A DNA stretch of 63,013 nucleotides, filler included, from Candidatus Babelota bacterium (GTDB lineage: Bacteria; JAGOBX01): assembly GCA_017999075.1 (NCBI GenBank). It is 7 parts of 7 records of this genome, joined end to end, with 100 filler letters (N's around TTAATTAATTAA, not from the genome) between each part and the next. Parts side by side here need not be neighbours in the genome. Positions count along the whole stretch, not along the records: positions 18,216 to 27,147 come from JAGOBX010000119.1; positions 27,248 to 36,135 come from JAGOBX010000120.1; 5 more parts are not named here. One strand, 5' to 3'. The position numbers and the translations under genes were made by a program. Shown here in pieces: positions 19,533 through 28,814 of the stretch (position 1 is its first letter; every line of letters starts with the position of its first letter). A model generated the notes under the pieces. That model did not search any database and was not told the DNA's origin. It saw only the letters and a program-made list of their open reading frames with translations.

Positions 19533-21041
19533 ATGTCCGGATTATCATCATTAAAAAAAAATGCTGTAGAAACTTTTATAAGTTCATATCTAATACAGTT
19601 TGCTTCCAAATTTATAAGCATAATCACCCAATTAATTATAGCAAGATTTTTTTTATCTACAGAAGAATTCGGTATTTTCTTATATGTTTTTTTTATATTT
19701 TCTATTATAAACAATTTGCGCGATTTAGGAATATCCACTCAGGTTATCAGACAAAAAGATATTGATTATTCTTTGATAAATTCGCTGTTTTTTGTTTTAT
19801 CTTCCGCTATAACATTATTGCAAATAATATACGGTTGTTTTATTTACAAAACAAACCCTTCTTACAGTAAAGCTTTAATTTTTATGTCTCTAAGTTATGT
19901 ACCCACGGCGTTAGGTTCTGTTCCATCCATATATTTCGCACAAAATTTATTGATAAAAAAAACATTAAACGCGCGGATATCCTCAATGATTGCATATTTT
20001 TTTGGAGCTATAATGTTAACTTATGCGGGATTAGGAGCTTCCGGATTAGCATTAGCCAAATTTTTACAAAGCGCAGTTTTCACAATTTTAATTCGGATTA
20101 AAGCTTCTGATATAATAAAAACTAATTTTAAACTTTCAGGAACCAGAAATATTGTTAAGGAAAGCTACAAGTTTTTTATTAATGACAACCTTGGATTATT
20201 GACTACTGAAATATATAACTATGTTATAAAAAATTTTGTTTCAACTGCGTCTCTTGCAATTTACAGAGCAGCTTATTCACTTGTCGATATTCCGGTGAAT
20301 ATAATTGAACAGGCGTTTTACAAAGTAGCTTATCCAATGTTTTCTAAACTTTCTTCAGATAAAGAAAAATTACTGAACGCTTATTCTTTTTTAACAATAA
20401 TATTATTTTGTGTAGAAGTCCCTGTATATCTATATATTTTTTTCAACAGCGAACTGCTCATTTATTTTACTTATGGATCAAAATATTCTACATCTTCAGA
20501 AATGATAAAATGGCTTGCTTTTGTTCCTATTTTTACTCCATATACCACTTTTGGAATCGAATTATTCAAATCTTTAAAAAAAGACAATTGGCTTTTAACT
20601 TATATATTTATAGGGTCGTTTTTAATAATCCTGTTTTCGTTTATATTAACAGCTAATTATGGAATTAAAGGCACTGCTGCAGCAAATTATCTGGGATTGA
20701 ATTATTTTATAATTTATTATTTCATATACAAAAATTTTAAAAAACATTTTTATTACATATTAAAAAAAATGGCTGTAATATATTTGTTTCCAGCTTCATT
20801 GTTTTATATAACATCAAATACTGAATTTAAATTCGGTTTTTTGAAATCATCAGTAATTTTTTTTGCAAATTCTGTAAAACCTTTATCCGAAACTTTATAC
20901 AGAAAAATATCAGATTTGAATTTAAAACTTGAGATAATATCCCAAGGATTATACCATTTAATTTTTTTAGTTCTGATCTTTTATATATTTTATATTTTCA
21001 TTTATAAAAAAATGCAGAAAGAACTGGGTATTAAACTATAA
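19533..21041 (+). CDS. Wzx-type oligosaccharide flippase
   Basis: About 12-14 TM helices; IIARFFLSTEEFG and DLGIS N-terminal pattern. Confidence 0.85.
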   Translation: MSGLSSLKKNAVETFISSYLIQFASKFISIITQLIIARFFLSTEEFGIFLYVFFIFSIINNLRDLGISTQVIRQKDIDYSLINSLFFVLSSAITLLQIIYGCFIYKTNPSYSKALIFMSLSYVPTALGSVPSIYFAQNLLIKKTLNARISSMIAYFFGAIMLTYAGLGASGLALAKFLQSAVFTILIRIKASDIIKTNFKLSGTRNIVKESYKFFINDNLGLLTTEIYNYVIKNFVSTASLAIYRAAYSLVDIPVNIIEQAFYKVAYPMFSKLSSDKEKLLNAYSFLTIILFCVEVPVYLYIFFNSELLIYFTYGSKYSTSSEMIKWLAFVPIFTPYTTFGIELFKSLKKDNWLLTYIFIGSFLIILFSFILTANYGIKGTAAANYLGLNYFIIYYFIYKNFKKHFYYILKKMAVIYLFPASLFYITSNTEFKFGFLKSSVIFFANSVKPLSETLYRKISDLNLKLEIISQGLYHLIFLVLIFYIFYIFIYKKMQKELGIKL

Positions 21042-21090
21042 AATAAACCTAAAAAATATAACATTTATTTTTTTGGTTTATTTTATAGTT
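21034..21090. terminator. Inverted repeat between convergent genes, probable terminator
   Basis: Perfect 16-bp arms AACTATAAAATAAACC / GGTTTATTTTATAGTT. Confidence 0.55.
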
Positions 21091-21239
21091 AATAATATGC
21101 GTTGGATTAAATAATAGGATTAATAATTATTGCAGAATCAATCAATCATCCGCAAAAAACTTCCTTCACTATAAATATAACTGCATTTTAAAGAAGGTCC
21201 AGTTTTATATTATAATCCGTTTTTTAAAAACCCCAAGCA

Positions 21240-21527
21240 TTATATCAAGGTTTTAACCGCATCTTTAGAAATATTCCCTTGACATAATAAAGCCTGCGCC
21301 GGATTGCTCTGCAAAGCTGAATTCAAATTATTTACCATATCAGCAGCATCTTTTAATGTTACGATATCAACTCCAGCAGATTTTTGATTTTCACGTGAAA
21401 TATTCAAAATAACATCACTTACAGATTCTTCTTTAGAAAATTGAATCTTAGGGTATTTAATGCTGAAAATTTCTTCGTATTGTAATTTTGAAGTTTCACA
21501 TTGAAGATATGAATTTGAAATATTCAT
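21240..21527 (-). CDS. Small protein (95 aa) resembling the flagellin C-terminal helical region
   Basis: ATG 21527 has a GGAGGTG RBS 6 nt upstream. The C-terminal half LNISRENQKSAGVDIVTLKDAADMVNNLNSALQSNPAQALLCQGNISKDAVKTLI parallels the flagellin tail ENLxAAxSRIxDxDxAxEM...QAxLAQANxxPxxVLxLL. Confidence 0.7.
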   Translation of the reverse strand: MNISNSYLQCETSKLQYEEIFSIKYPKIQFSKEESVSDVILNISRENQKSAGVDIVTLKDAADMVNNLNSALQSNPAQALLCQGNISKDAVKTLI

Positions 21528-21579
21528 TTTGTTCACCTCCCTGATGTTTGACTTAAATCCTTTTAAGTTTCTATCATTA

Positions 21580-21607
21580 ATATCGGCAGATAGTAATAAA
21601 ATCTTTA
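21580..21607 (-). promoter_or_regulatory. sigma28 (FliA/SigD) promoter
   Basis: Minus strand reads TAAA-N16-GCCGATAT, ~53 nt upstream of ATG 21527. Confidence 0.85.
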
Positions 21608-21748
21608 GAAAAAAATAAAAAAAAATATCAACTCTATTTTTTTCAACAGGTTATTATTTATAAAAATAAAATATTGTTTACTGGTGTCCAATAAAAATTT
21701 AAAAAGGCAAAGGCAATGCCAAAGACTCATCCGGTTCGCCTGGCAATC

Positions 21749-21788
21749 ACTAAAAGCACTACACTAAAAGTGCCGACTAAAAGTGCCG
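21749..21788. repeat. Short intergenic tandem repeats (ACTAAAAG x3; ACTAAAAGTGCCG x2)
   Basis: Copies start at 21749, 21763 and 21776. Confidence 0.8.
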
Positions 21789-21869
21789 TATAGTCAAAAG
21801 TCATTTTCAATCATTTTTTGTCCATGATATTTCATGAAGCACCAAATATAATATAAGAAAATATCCGGA

Positions 21870-24800
21870 TTAGTCATTTTTAGATTTAATTTCATATAAT
21901 TTAAGCAACGATTTATAATATTCATTAAGTTCTTTTTTATAATAATCAGGCATAGAATTATTTAAAAATTTTTCTAATTCTACAGGCAGTCCGGACGATT
22001 TTTTTAAATCTACGGGCGGCGCAGACTTAGGTTTAACTTCTAAAGCCGCTTTTGATTCGCGTTTATCCTGATTTTCAGTTTCTTTTTTTAACGACCTTGA
22101 TGTATCTATGAGTTTATCATAAACCGATTTCTGAGATTCTTTAACTTGTTGATTTAATGTTCCTTTTTTAAGTGTTTTTTCTATTTTATTCATTTCATCA
22201 ACAAGTTTCTGTAATTTTTGCTGCAGAGCGTCGCCAGAATTAGTATTTGAATCCATAAGCTGCTCAAGAGATTGACGTATCAAAGACTGTTCGTAAGACA
22301 TTTGTTCAATCTGTTCCTGTGAAAGATCATTAAAATTAAACGACATTGAATTCAAGGATTGTTGAGCTTTAGCTAATTGTTCTAACCTATCAGACATATT
22401 GGAAGAATTATTTTTTTGATTATCTTTATTCAAATCTTCTTTAATTTTTAAAAGCTTGAATATAAGTGAAGATGTCGATTTCATTATTATATTTATTTTA
22501 TCAAGAGAACCTGCTGATGATTTATTTTTAAGAGAATCGCAAATATAACCGTACATATCGGAAATATATTTAAAATCTTCAATCAAATCAGCCGGAAAAA
22601 CAAAAGATTTCGCTGTTAATTGAAAATATTTTGCGCTTTGAATATATATATAATTTTGATATTCCTGACATAAATTAATAAAAAACGGATAATCCGCAGG
22701 AACAGAATTTATAAACTGATTGTTAGTTTCGCGTAAAATATCTTCAAAATTATTTTTCAATTCAAGATTTTTGTTCTGCAGATTAATCATTTTAAAAATA
22801 ATTGTCTCAATGTCCTGTTCAAATTTTTCAAATTCTTTATTACTCATTTGCGTCAAAAGATTATTTAATTGTTCGGCAAGATTAGATAATTTTTCTTTTA
22901 AATCATTACTTTCTTTTTCCATTTCATCTTTGTTTTTTTGAACTTCTGATTCAGTTCCAGATTTTTGATTTTTCATATTATTCGCCAATTTTTTTGATTG
23001 CTGATTTATTTTTGCCATTGTTTCTTTTATATTATCCAGAACTTTTTGAGTTTGCTTATCTTCAGAACTATTTTTCAAATCATCAACAGCCTGTTGAAGT
23101 TTTGAGAGTTCTGATGCGAGTTTTTCCTGCTGAATCGCACCTGATTCTAAATCATTTTTATTAATTGAAGATGTTATATCATTTTGTTTAAATTTTAAAT
23201 CATCTATAGTTTTCTGAATATTTTTAAGCGTATTCTGCATTTTAAGCCGGTTTAATAAAGACAAAGTTCTATCAATTTTTTTCCCGAATTCATCTTTATT
23301 GAAAACTGCATTTTTCAAAAATTCCTGCTGCTGCATAGGATTTTTAGAAGCTAACGCATTTTGAAAATCAGTTATAGATTTTTTTATATCGTTATCTCTC
23401 AATTCATCCATAAGCTTGTTTAATTTTGAAAGTTTTTCCAAAGTTTCTTCACCAAGCATTTCCCTGGTTTTTTTGTATTGCTCGACAGCCTTTGAAATGC
23501 GCGATTGAATTTCTTTGATTTCAGCTTCTATTTTTTTCTGCGCATCAAGAAGTTCTTTTATTTGTTTTTGTGTTGACCAATCCGAACTGTTTGATTTCAT
23601 CAAATCATTTATTAATTTTTTTGCGGATTTGGATATATCTTCATTTTTTGCCTGAATTGCATTCATAACATTAGTCGAATAATTAAATTCTTTGTTAAGT
23701 TCATTAAATAAATCAGCAACTGACGGAACTTTAAGTTTAAATTTTTTGGTAACAGCTTTTTTGAAACCGGAAACTGCATCGTTATCGTAAGCATCTGCAT
23801 AATAAAAAATTTCATCGCCAGGCATAACATCATATTTAGAAAAATCTATTGTATAGTATGCTGTATGATTAAGTGCTGTTTTTCGAAAATCGAGTTGAAA
23901 AGTATCCTTGATTATATCATTAAAAAAATATAAATTACCTGAACTTATACCGAAATCATCTTCTGCTGCAACAATAAAATAAGCAAGCATATCGTCAGGA
24001 AGCACAAATTCCTCTTTTCCCGGAAACTCAAAATTAACGGCAGGTTCCAAATCAGGTTTAACTGAAATATTAATTTTTTTCCTTGTTTCAGCAGGTATTG
24101 TTAATTTGGATTCAAAATAAAAACTTATTGTTCCTTCTGAAAAAGGTTTATACCTAAAAATATAATTCCTATTATTTTTTTCTGAATACCTGACAGAAAA
24201 ATTCCCATATTTTATAAAAAATTTTTCAGGTTCAAAATTGATATTACATTTAATTTCAATTTCTGAACCTTTAAGAATTTCTATTGTTTCATGAAATGAA
24301 TACAAAATATCAGTTTCAATATTAGAATACTGCGGAGGCATAATTTTTATATATTCGATATTTATAACAGGCTTAGTGTACGCGGTTATTAAATAACGTT
24401 TTGAAATAAATTTTTCTGCTGAAATATAATATTCAACATTGGAAATAATATTTTTCAGTGAATACGAAAAAGTATCCCTGGTTTGCTCCCTATTTGTTAA
24501 TGTTATTTTTTCATGGTCTCCGTTTGAAACTAAAGTCAAATCAACAGAACTTATTTTTTTTTCATATGATATAGGTTTAATCAGAATATTTACAGATTCA
24601 CCTTTTATTATTGCAATTGAACCTGGAGATACATTGAAGGATATTTTTTCAATAACTGTATCAGTTTTATAACAGTTTTTTATAAAATCTATAAGGCGCA
24701 AATAATTATATTTAAACAGTATGCCCTGAAAAGCAGCTCCTAATACAATTATAATTAATGCTCTATTTATCCTGCCATTTACAGGTCTTAAAATATATTC

Positions 24801-25190
24801 CAATTTTAATCTTGAAATATTAACTGCAATATCTTGAATTAATTTTTCTGTAAACGGATTGGACGGGTTAGATTTAAAGGCTGTATATACCGAAGAAATT
24901 TTATATGCAAGTTCCGGCGAAGATTTTTCAAATAAAATTATAAAAGACTTAAAATTATAAAACTCAGTCTTAAGTAAAATTATTATAAAAATAATTATTG
25001 CAAAACTTATTATTAATGGAAAAAAATTTTTTAACGCAAAAATTAAATTATTATCGAGTTGCGCCCAAACCGCCAAAATATTAAGCCATAAAATTATTAA
25101 AGAATATATTATGGACACATATAGTACAGCTGAAACCGCATTATACAGCCAAAAATATTTTTTTAATAATTTATACAAGTGATTTATCAT
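21870..25190 (-). CDS. DUF4175-like membrane-anchored protein (3 TM, Ig-like domains, long coiled coil)
   Basis: N-terminal TM helices; AEDDFGIS and YYADAYDNDAVSGFK motifs; Q/K/E-rich coiled coils; C-terminal PDYYKKELNEYYKSL. Confidence 0.75.
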   Translation of the reverse strand: MINHLYKLLKKYFWLYNAVSAVLYVSIIYSLIILWLNILAVWAQLDNNLIFALKNFFPLIISFAIIIFIIILLKTEFYNFKSFIILFEKSSPELAYKISSVYTAFKSNPSNPFTEKLIQDIAVNISRLKLEYILRPVNGRINRALIIIVLGAAFQGILFKYNYLRLIDFIKNCYKTDTVIEKISFNVSPGSIAIIKGESVNILIKPISYEKKISSVDLTLVSNGDHEKITLTNREQTRDTFSYSLKNIISNVEYYISAEKFISKRYLITAYTKPVINIEYIKIMPPQYSNIETDILYSFHETIEILKGSEIEIKCNINFEPEKFFIKYGNFSVRYSEKNNRNYIFRYKPFSEGTISFYFESKLTIPAETRKKINISVKPDLEPAVNFEFPGKEEFVLPDDMLAYFIVAAEDDFGISSGNLYFFNDIIKDTFQLDFRKTALNHTAYYTIDFSKYDVMPGDEIFYYADAYDNDAVSGFKKAVTKKFKLKVPSVADLFNELNKEFNYSTNVMNAIQAKNEDISKSAKKLINDLMKSNSSDWSTQKQIKELLDAQKKIEAEIKEIQSRISKAVEQYKKTREMLGEETLEKLSKLNKLMDELRDNDIKKSITDFQNALASKNPMQQQEFLKNAVFNKDEFGKKIDRTLSLLNRLKMQNTLKNIQKTIDDLKFKQNDITSSINKNDLESGAIQQEKLASELSKLQQAVDDLKNSSEDKQTQKVLDNIKETMAKINQQSKKLANNMKNQKSGTESEVQKNKDEMEKESNDLKEKLSNLAEQLNNLLTQMSNKEFEKFEQDIETIIFKMINLQNKNLELKNNFEDILRETNNQFINSVPADYPFFINLCQEYQNYIYIQSAKYFQLTAKSFVFPADLIEDFKYISDMYGYICDSLKNKSSAGSLDKINIIMKSTSSLIFKLLKIKEDLNKDNQKNNSSNMSDRLEQLAKAQQSLNSMSFNFNDLSQEQIEQMSYEQSLIRQSLEQLMDSNTNSGDALQQKLQKLVDEMNKIEKTLKKGTLNQQVKESQKSVYDKLIDTSRSLKKETENQDKRESKAALEVKPKSAPPVDLKKSSGLPVELEKFLNNSMPDYYKKELNEYYKSLLKLYEIKSKND

Positions 25191-26143
25191 ACAGCGCCAA
25201 GTTCCATTTCAAGTTTTTCAAATCGTGATTCTATAAGTTTAACCAAATTTCCGTTTACAAAAAGTTTATCGTTTTTGTCTCCTGTGTATGAATGAATTTT
25301 TATTAAATTTTCCGATGGAATTACGGTGTAATTATCATCAATAACAATAATTTTAGAAAGAATATATTCAGGAAGACTAAGGCGTTTAACTATGTATTGT
25401 AAATTTTTTTTATCGTATAAAGTAAAACTATTATCAAAATAATAATCAAAATATTCCGATATTCCACAAGATTTTACAGTATGATAAATATAATCAATAT
25501 CGCTCCTCGAAAAAATACACAAAATATAATTTTGCTTTAATCCGGCCAGGAATTCTGTTGTGTTAGGTCTTAAGTATGCTGAAACATTTTCATCAGTATA
25601 ATCCGGATTTACCAGAGTTCCGTCTAAATCAAAAACCAATATTTTTTTTTTTGATTTTAACTTTTGAATTTTTTCCTGATATTCGATCGTGATTTCAGCT
25701 ATAGTAACTTTATGCAATTCTTCGTTTTTAATTAGTTCCGCCAGTATTTCCTGAATAGCGTTGTACCCTTTAAATTTTTCTTTTAATTTTCTATAAAATT
25801 CAATTGTTTTATTTTCTTCTGCTATTGCAAATTTTATGAGCTGATCTATATTTTTTATTTGAGTTGATTCAACTAATTTAAAATTTGATTCAAGGCGTAA
25901 AATATGCTGAACTAATGCGTCAGGTTTAAAAACAGTATTGTTGAAAATATTTTTTGAAATACATTTAATATAATCTATATGTTTTTTTTCTTCATCAGCA
26001 AGCCTATTCAAGATTTGTTTCAAGCTGCTTATAGGAGTTAAACCTGAAAGATGTTTATAAAATTCAAATGACTTGAATTCGTTTTCAATTGAATTAATCA
26101 AAAGATTATAAAGCAATTTCAATTCTTTATCCGTAAAGCTCAT
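25187..26143 (-). CDS. Fusion of a ferritin-like (rubrerythrin-type) domain and an FCP1/SCP (NIF)-type HAD phosphatase
   Basis: N-terminal half has E..E/FY and LADEEKKH, repeated as AIAEE..FY and LIKNEELH. C-terminal half has KILVFDLDGTLV, YLRP, KKNL, IIVIDDN and NLIKIHSYTGDKND. Confidence 0.8.
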   Translation of the reverse strand: MSFTDKELKLLYNLLINSIENEFKSFEFYKHLSGLTPISSLKQILNRLADEEKKHIDYIKCISKNIFNNTVFKPDALVQHILRLESNFKLVESTQIKNIDQLIKFAIAEENKTIEFYRKLKEKFKGYNAIQEILAELIKNEELHKVTIAEITIEYQEKIQKLKSKKKILVFDLDGTLVNPDYTDENVSAYLRPNTTEFLAGLKQNYILCIFSRSDIDYIYHTVKSCGISEYFDYYFDNSFTLYDKKNLQYIVKRLSLPEYILSKIIVIDDNYTVIPSENLIKIHSYTGDKNDKLFVNGNLVKLIESRFEKLEMELGAV

Positions 26144-26160
26144 ATTTTAAATATATATTA

Positions 26161-27030
26161 TTAAAAAAACATTGAATTTAAGTTTACATACCACGATATA
26201 AATTCAGAACCAAGCAGAAAAGATAAAATTCCTGAAACACAAATAGCCGGAGCAAATGGTATTTGATCTTTTGTACCTTTTTTTTGAATTATCATAGCAG
26301 GTAATGCAAACAAAATGCCTATTACAAACGAAAAGAATACCATGAATAATGCTATTTTCCATCCTAGAAACGCGCCTATTCCAGCTGCTAACTTTACATC
26401 TCCAAAACCAAAAGCTTCTATTCCTTTTCTTGAATAATAAAATTCTGCAGCGATAAAAATAAATAAAAATATTCCACCTGCAACAGCTATTCCTGACAAT
26501 GAATTTAATAATGGTTTATACCACTCTCCAATAAATATGTGGTATAATTCCGGATGATTTAACGGATAAAAATTAAATAAAGAAAAAATAGGTCCTGCAA
26601 TTATAAGTCCTATTGAAAATCTATCAGGAATAATAAAATGATCAATATCAATAAATGTAACGATAATCATTACACAACTGAATGCCGCAAAAATAATTGA
26701 ATCTGCAGGATGGGTTGTAATATCAAAAAATTTTACCGCAGCAACAAACATTATCGCTGTCAATAATTCAATTAAAAAATATCTTGGCGAAATTTCAGTT
26801 TTACAATAACGACATTTTCCAAGCAATAATACATAACTCAGCAAAGGCGTTAAATCCGAAGCTTTTAAAATGGTTCCACATTTAGGACATCTGGACCGGT
26901 CTAAACCTATAGGTTTATTTTCAGGTATTCGTAAAATGCAGACATTTAAAAAACTCCCTACTGAAGCTCCAAATATAAAAGCCGTAAAATAAATTAAATC
27001 ACCGAACATATTAATTTCATCTGCAATCAT
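26161..27030 (-). CDS. pilD: Type IV prepilin peptidase / N-methyltransferase
   Basis: GSFLNVCILRIP, RSRCPKC, GKCRYC, DIDHFIIPD, GFGDVKL and IPFAP motifs. The start is uncertain (27030 or 27009 is more likely than 27123). Confidence 0.95.
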   Translation of the reverse strand: MIADEINMFGDLIYFTAFIFGASVGSFLNVCILRIPENKPIGLDRSRCPKCGTILKASDLTPLLSYVLLLGKCRYCKTEISPRYFLIELLTAIMFVAAVKFFDITTHPADSIIFAAFSCVMIIVTFIDIDHFIIPDRFSIGLIIAGPIFSLFNFYPLNHPELYHIFIGEWYKPLLNSLSGIAVAGGIFLFIFIAAEFYYSRKGIEAFGFGDVKLAAGIGAFLGWKIALFMVFFSFVIGILFALPAMIIQKKGTKDQIPFAPAICVSGILSFLLGSEFISWYVNLNSMFF

Positions 27031-27147
27031 ATTTTTATTATATTTAAAAAGAATATATTTTTCAAGAAAAAACAAAAATAATTCTATTTTTATTATAGAA
27101 TACAAATTTAATTTGACAAACAAAATAAAATCAGATAAACTTTATAC

Positions 27148-27247
27148 NNNNNNNNNNNNNNNNNNNNNNNNNNNNNNNNNNNNNNNNNNNNTTAATTAAT
27201 TAANNNNNNNNNNNNNNNNNNNNNNNNNNNNNNNNNNNNNNNNNNNN
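27148..27247. other. Artificial contig linker
   Basis: N44-TTAATTAATTAA-N44. Confidence 0.99.
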
Positions 27248-27815
27248 TGATAATAAGTTTATTGAAATACTCGAACGTATGGGTTGCGTGGTAAACTATA
27301 AAAATTCTTGTAACTCTATAGAAATTGTACCTCCTGAAAAATTGCGTTCTGCCGGAGAAATAGATATGTCGAAAATGCAGGATGTAGTGCCTACAGCAGC
27401 TGTTGCCGCTGTGTTTGCAGAAGGAGAAACTAAAATAGTAAATATAGAAAATTTAAAATATAAAGAGTGCGACAGGTTTAAAGCGATAATAACGGAATTA
27501 AGAAAAATAGGCGCAAGAATTGAATATGGGACAGATTGGATAAAAATTTACGGTACTGATGATGAGAAAAAATATTTGCCGGCAGAAATAGAAACGTATA
27601 AAGATCATAGAATGGCAATGTCGTTTTCTCTTGCGGCATTAAAAATTCCGGGATTGATTATAAAATCTCCTGAATGCGTTTGTAAAACTTTTCCTGATTT
27701 TTATAAATCGTTTTTGCCTTTATTTGAAAATATGGACAAGGAACCCGAAAATTATTATTCTGAAATTTACAAAAAGGAACTTATTAAATTTCAAAATAAT
27801 ATTAATAATAAATAA
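27248..27815 (+). CDS. aroA: EPSP synthase, C-terminal fragment
   Basis: KECDRF, DHRMAMSF and CVCKTFPDF motifs. Confidence 0.95.
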
Positions 27816-27842
27816 TAATTTTATAAAAGGAATGAAAGTTGA

Positions 27843-28814
27843 ATGAAACGAAAACGAGTATTTGTTACCGGTATCACCGGATTTGCAGGAATACATTTGA
27901 CTGAATATCTTCTGACAATGAATTGTGATGTTTCAGGAATATTTTTTCCTGCGGAAACTTCAGCAGTTTTTGTTAAAAAATTTCCGAAAGTCAAAATTCA
28001 TTTTTGTGATTTGGCAGATAAATCTAATCTTCAGCAGATACTTCTTGAATTTCAGCCTGAAATAATTTTTCATCTTGCGGCAATATCATCAGTAAGATAT
28101 TCATTTACTCATATATCTAAAACAATAGATGCAAATATTAAAGGATTTAACAATATTCTTGAAACCGCCGCCAATTTACCATATCAACCAAGATTTGTAT
28201 TTATAAGTTCTGCTGATGTTTATGAACATTCTATAGATGGACAATCAATAAATGAATCTTTTCCTGTAAATCCTAAATCGCCTTATGCAATATCAAAATA
28301 CAGTTCTGAAATGTTTTTTAATTATTATTTAAGCATGAATATGATAGACGGGGTTATAGTAAGACCGTTTAACCATATAGGACCATATCAGCGAGATGAT
28401 TTTGCAATATCATCATTTGCCAAACAGGTTGCATTAATTGAAAAATACGGAAATACCGATGCTATTGTAACCGGAAACCTGGGAGCAGAGCGTGATTTTA
28501 CTGATGTCAGAGATACTGTTAGAGCCTATTATCTTATTTCAATAATTGAAAAATTTGAAAAAAATGAAGACAGAATTATTAACATTGCGACTAATAGATG
28601 CTATTCTATAAGAAAACTTCTTGAAACTCTTATTTCTTTTTCCACATCAAAAAACATTAAAATAGCAGTTGATAATAAGCTGTACAGAAAAATAGATATT
28701 CCCAGGTTAAAAGGAGATTATTCAAAACTTAATGCTTTAACCGGCTGGAATCCTAAGATAAGTATTGAAGATACATTGCTTGCTACACTGAATTATTGGA
28801 GAAAAAATGTTTGA
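27843..28814 (+). CDS. NDP-sugar SDR, GDP-mannose dehydratase / GDP-4-keto-6-deoxymannose reductase (Rmd-like)
   Basis: TGITGFAG, HLAAISSV, SPYAISK, RPFNHIGP and RDFTDVRD motifs. Confidence 0.88.
   Translation: MKRKRVFVTGITGFAGIHLTEYLLTMNCDVSGIFFPAETSAVFVKKFPKVKIHFCDLADKSNLQQILLEFQPEIIFHLAAISSVRYSFTHISKTIDANIKGFNNILETAANLPYQPRFVFISSADVYEHSIDGQSINESFPVNPKSPYAISKYSSEMFFNYYLSMNMIDGVIVRPFNHIGPYQRDDFAISSFAKQVALIEKYGNTDAIVTGNLGAERDFTDVRDTVRAYYLISIIEKFEKNEDRIINIATNRCYSIRKLLETLISFSTSKNIKIAVDNKLYRKIDIPRLKGDYSKLNALTGWNPKISIEDTLLATLNYWRKNV

Noticed and set aside
21240-21527. Calling the sigma28-driven small protein FlgM
   Set aside because: Size and promoter fit, but the FlgM C-terminal signature (R.EKV..LK..I..G.Y) is absent and the tail resembles flagellin instead.
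21749-21800. Short repeats as a CRISPR array
   Set aside because: Units are 8-13 nt with no spacers, and no cas genes are present.
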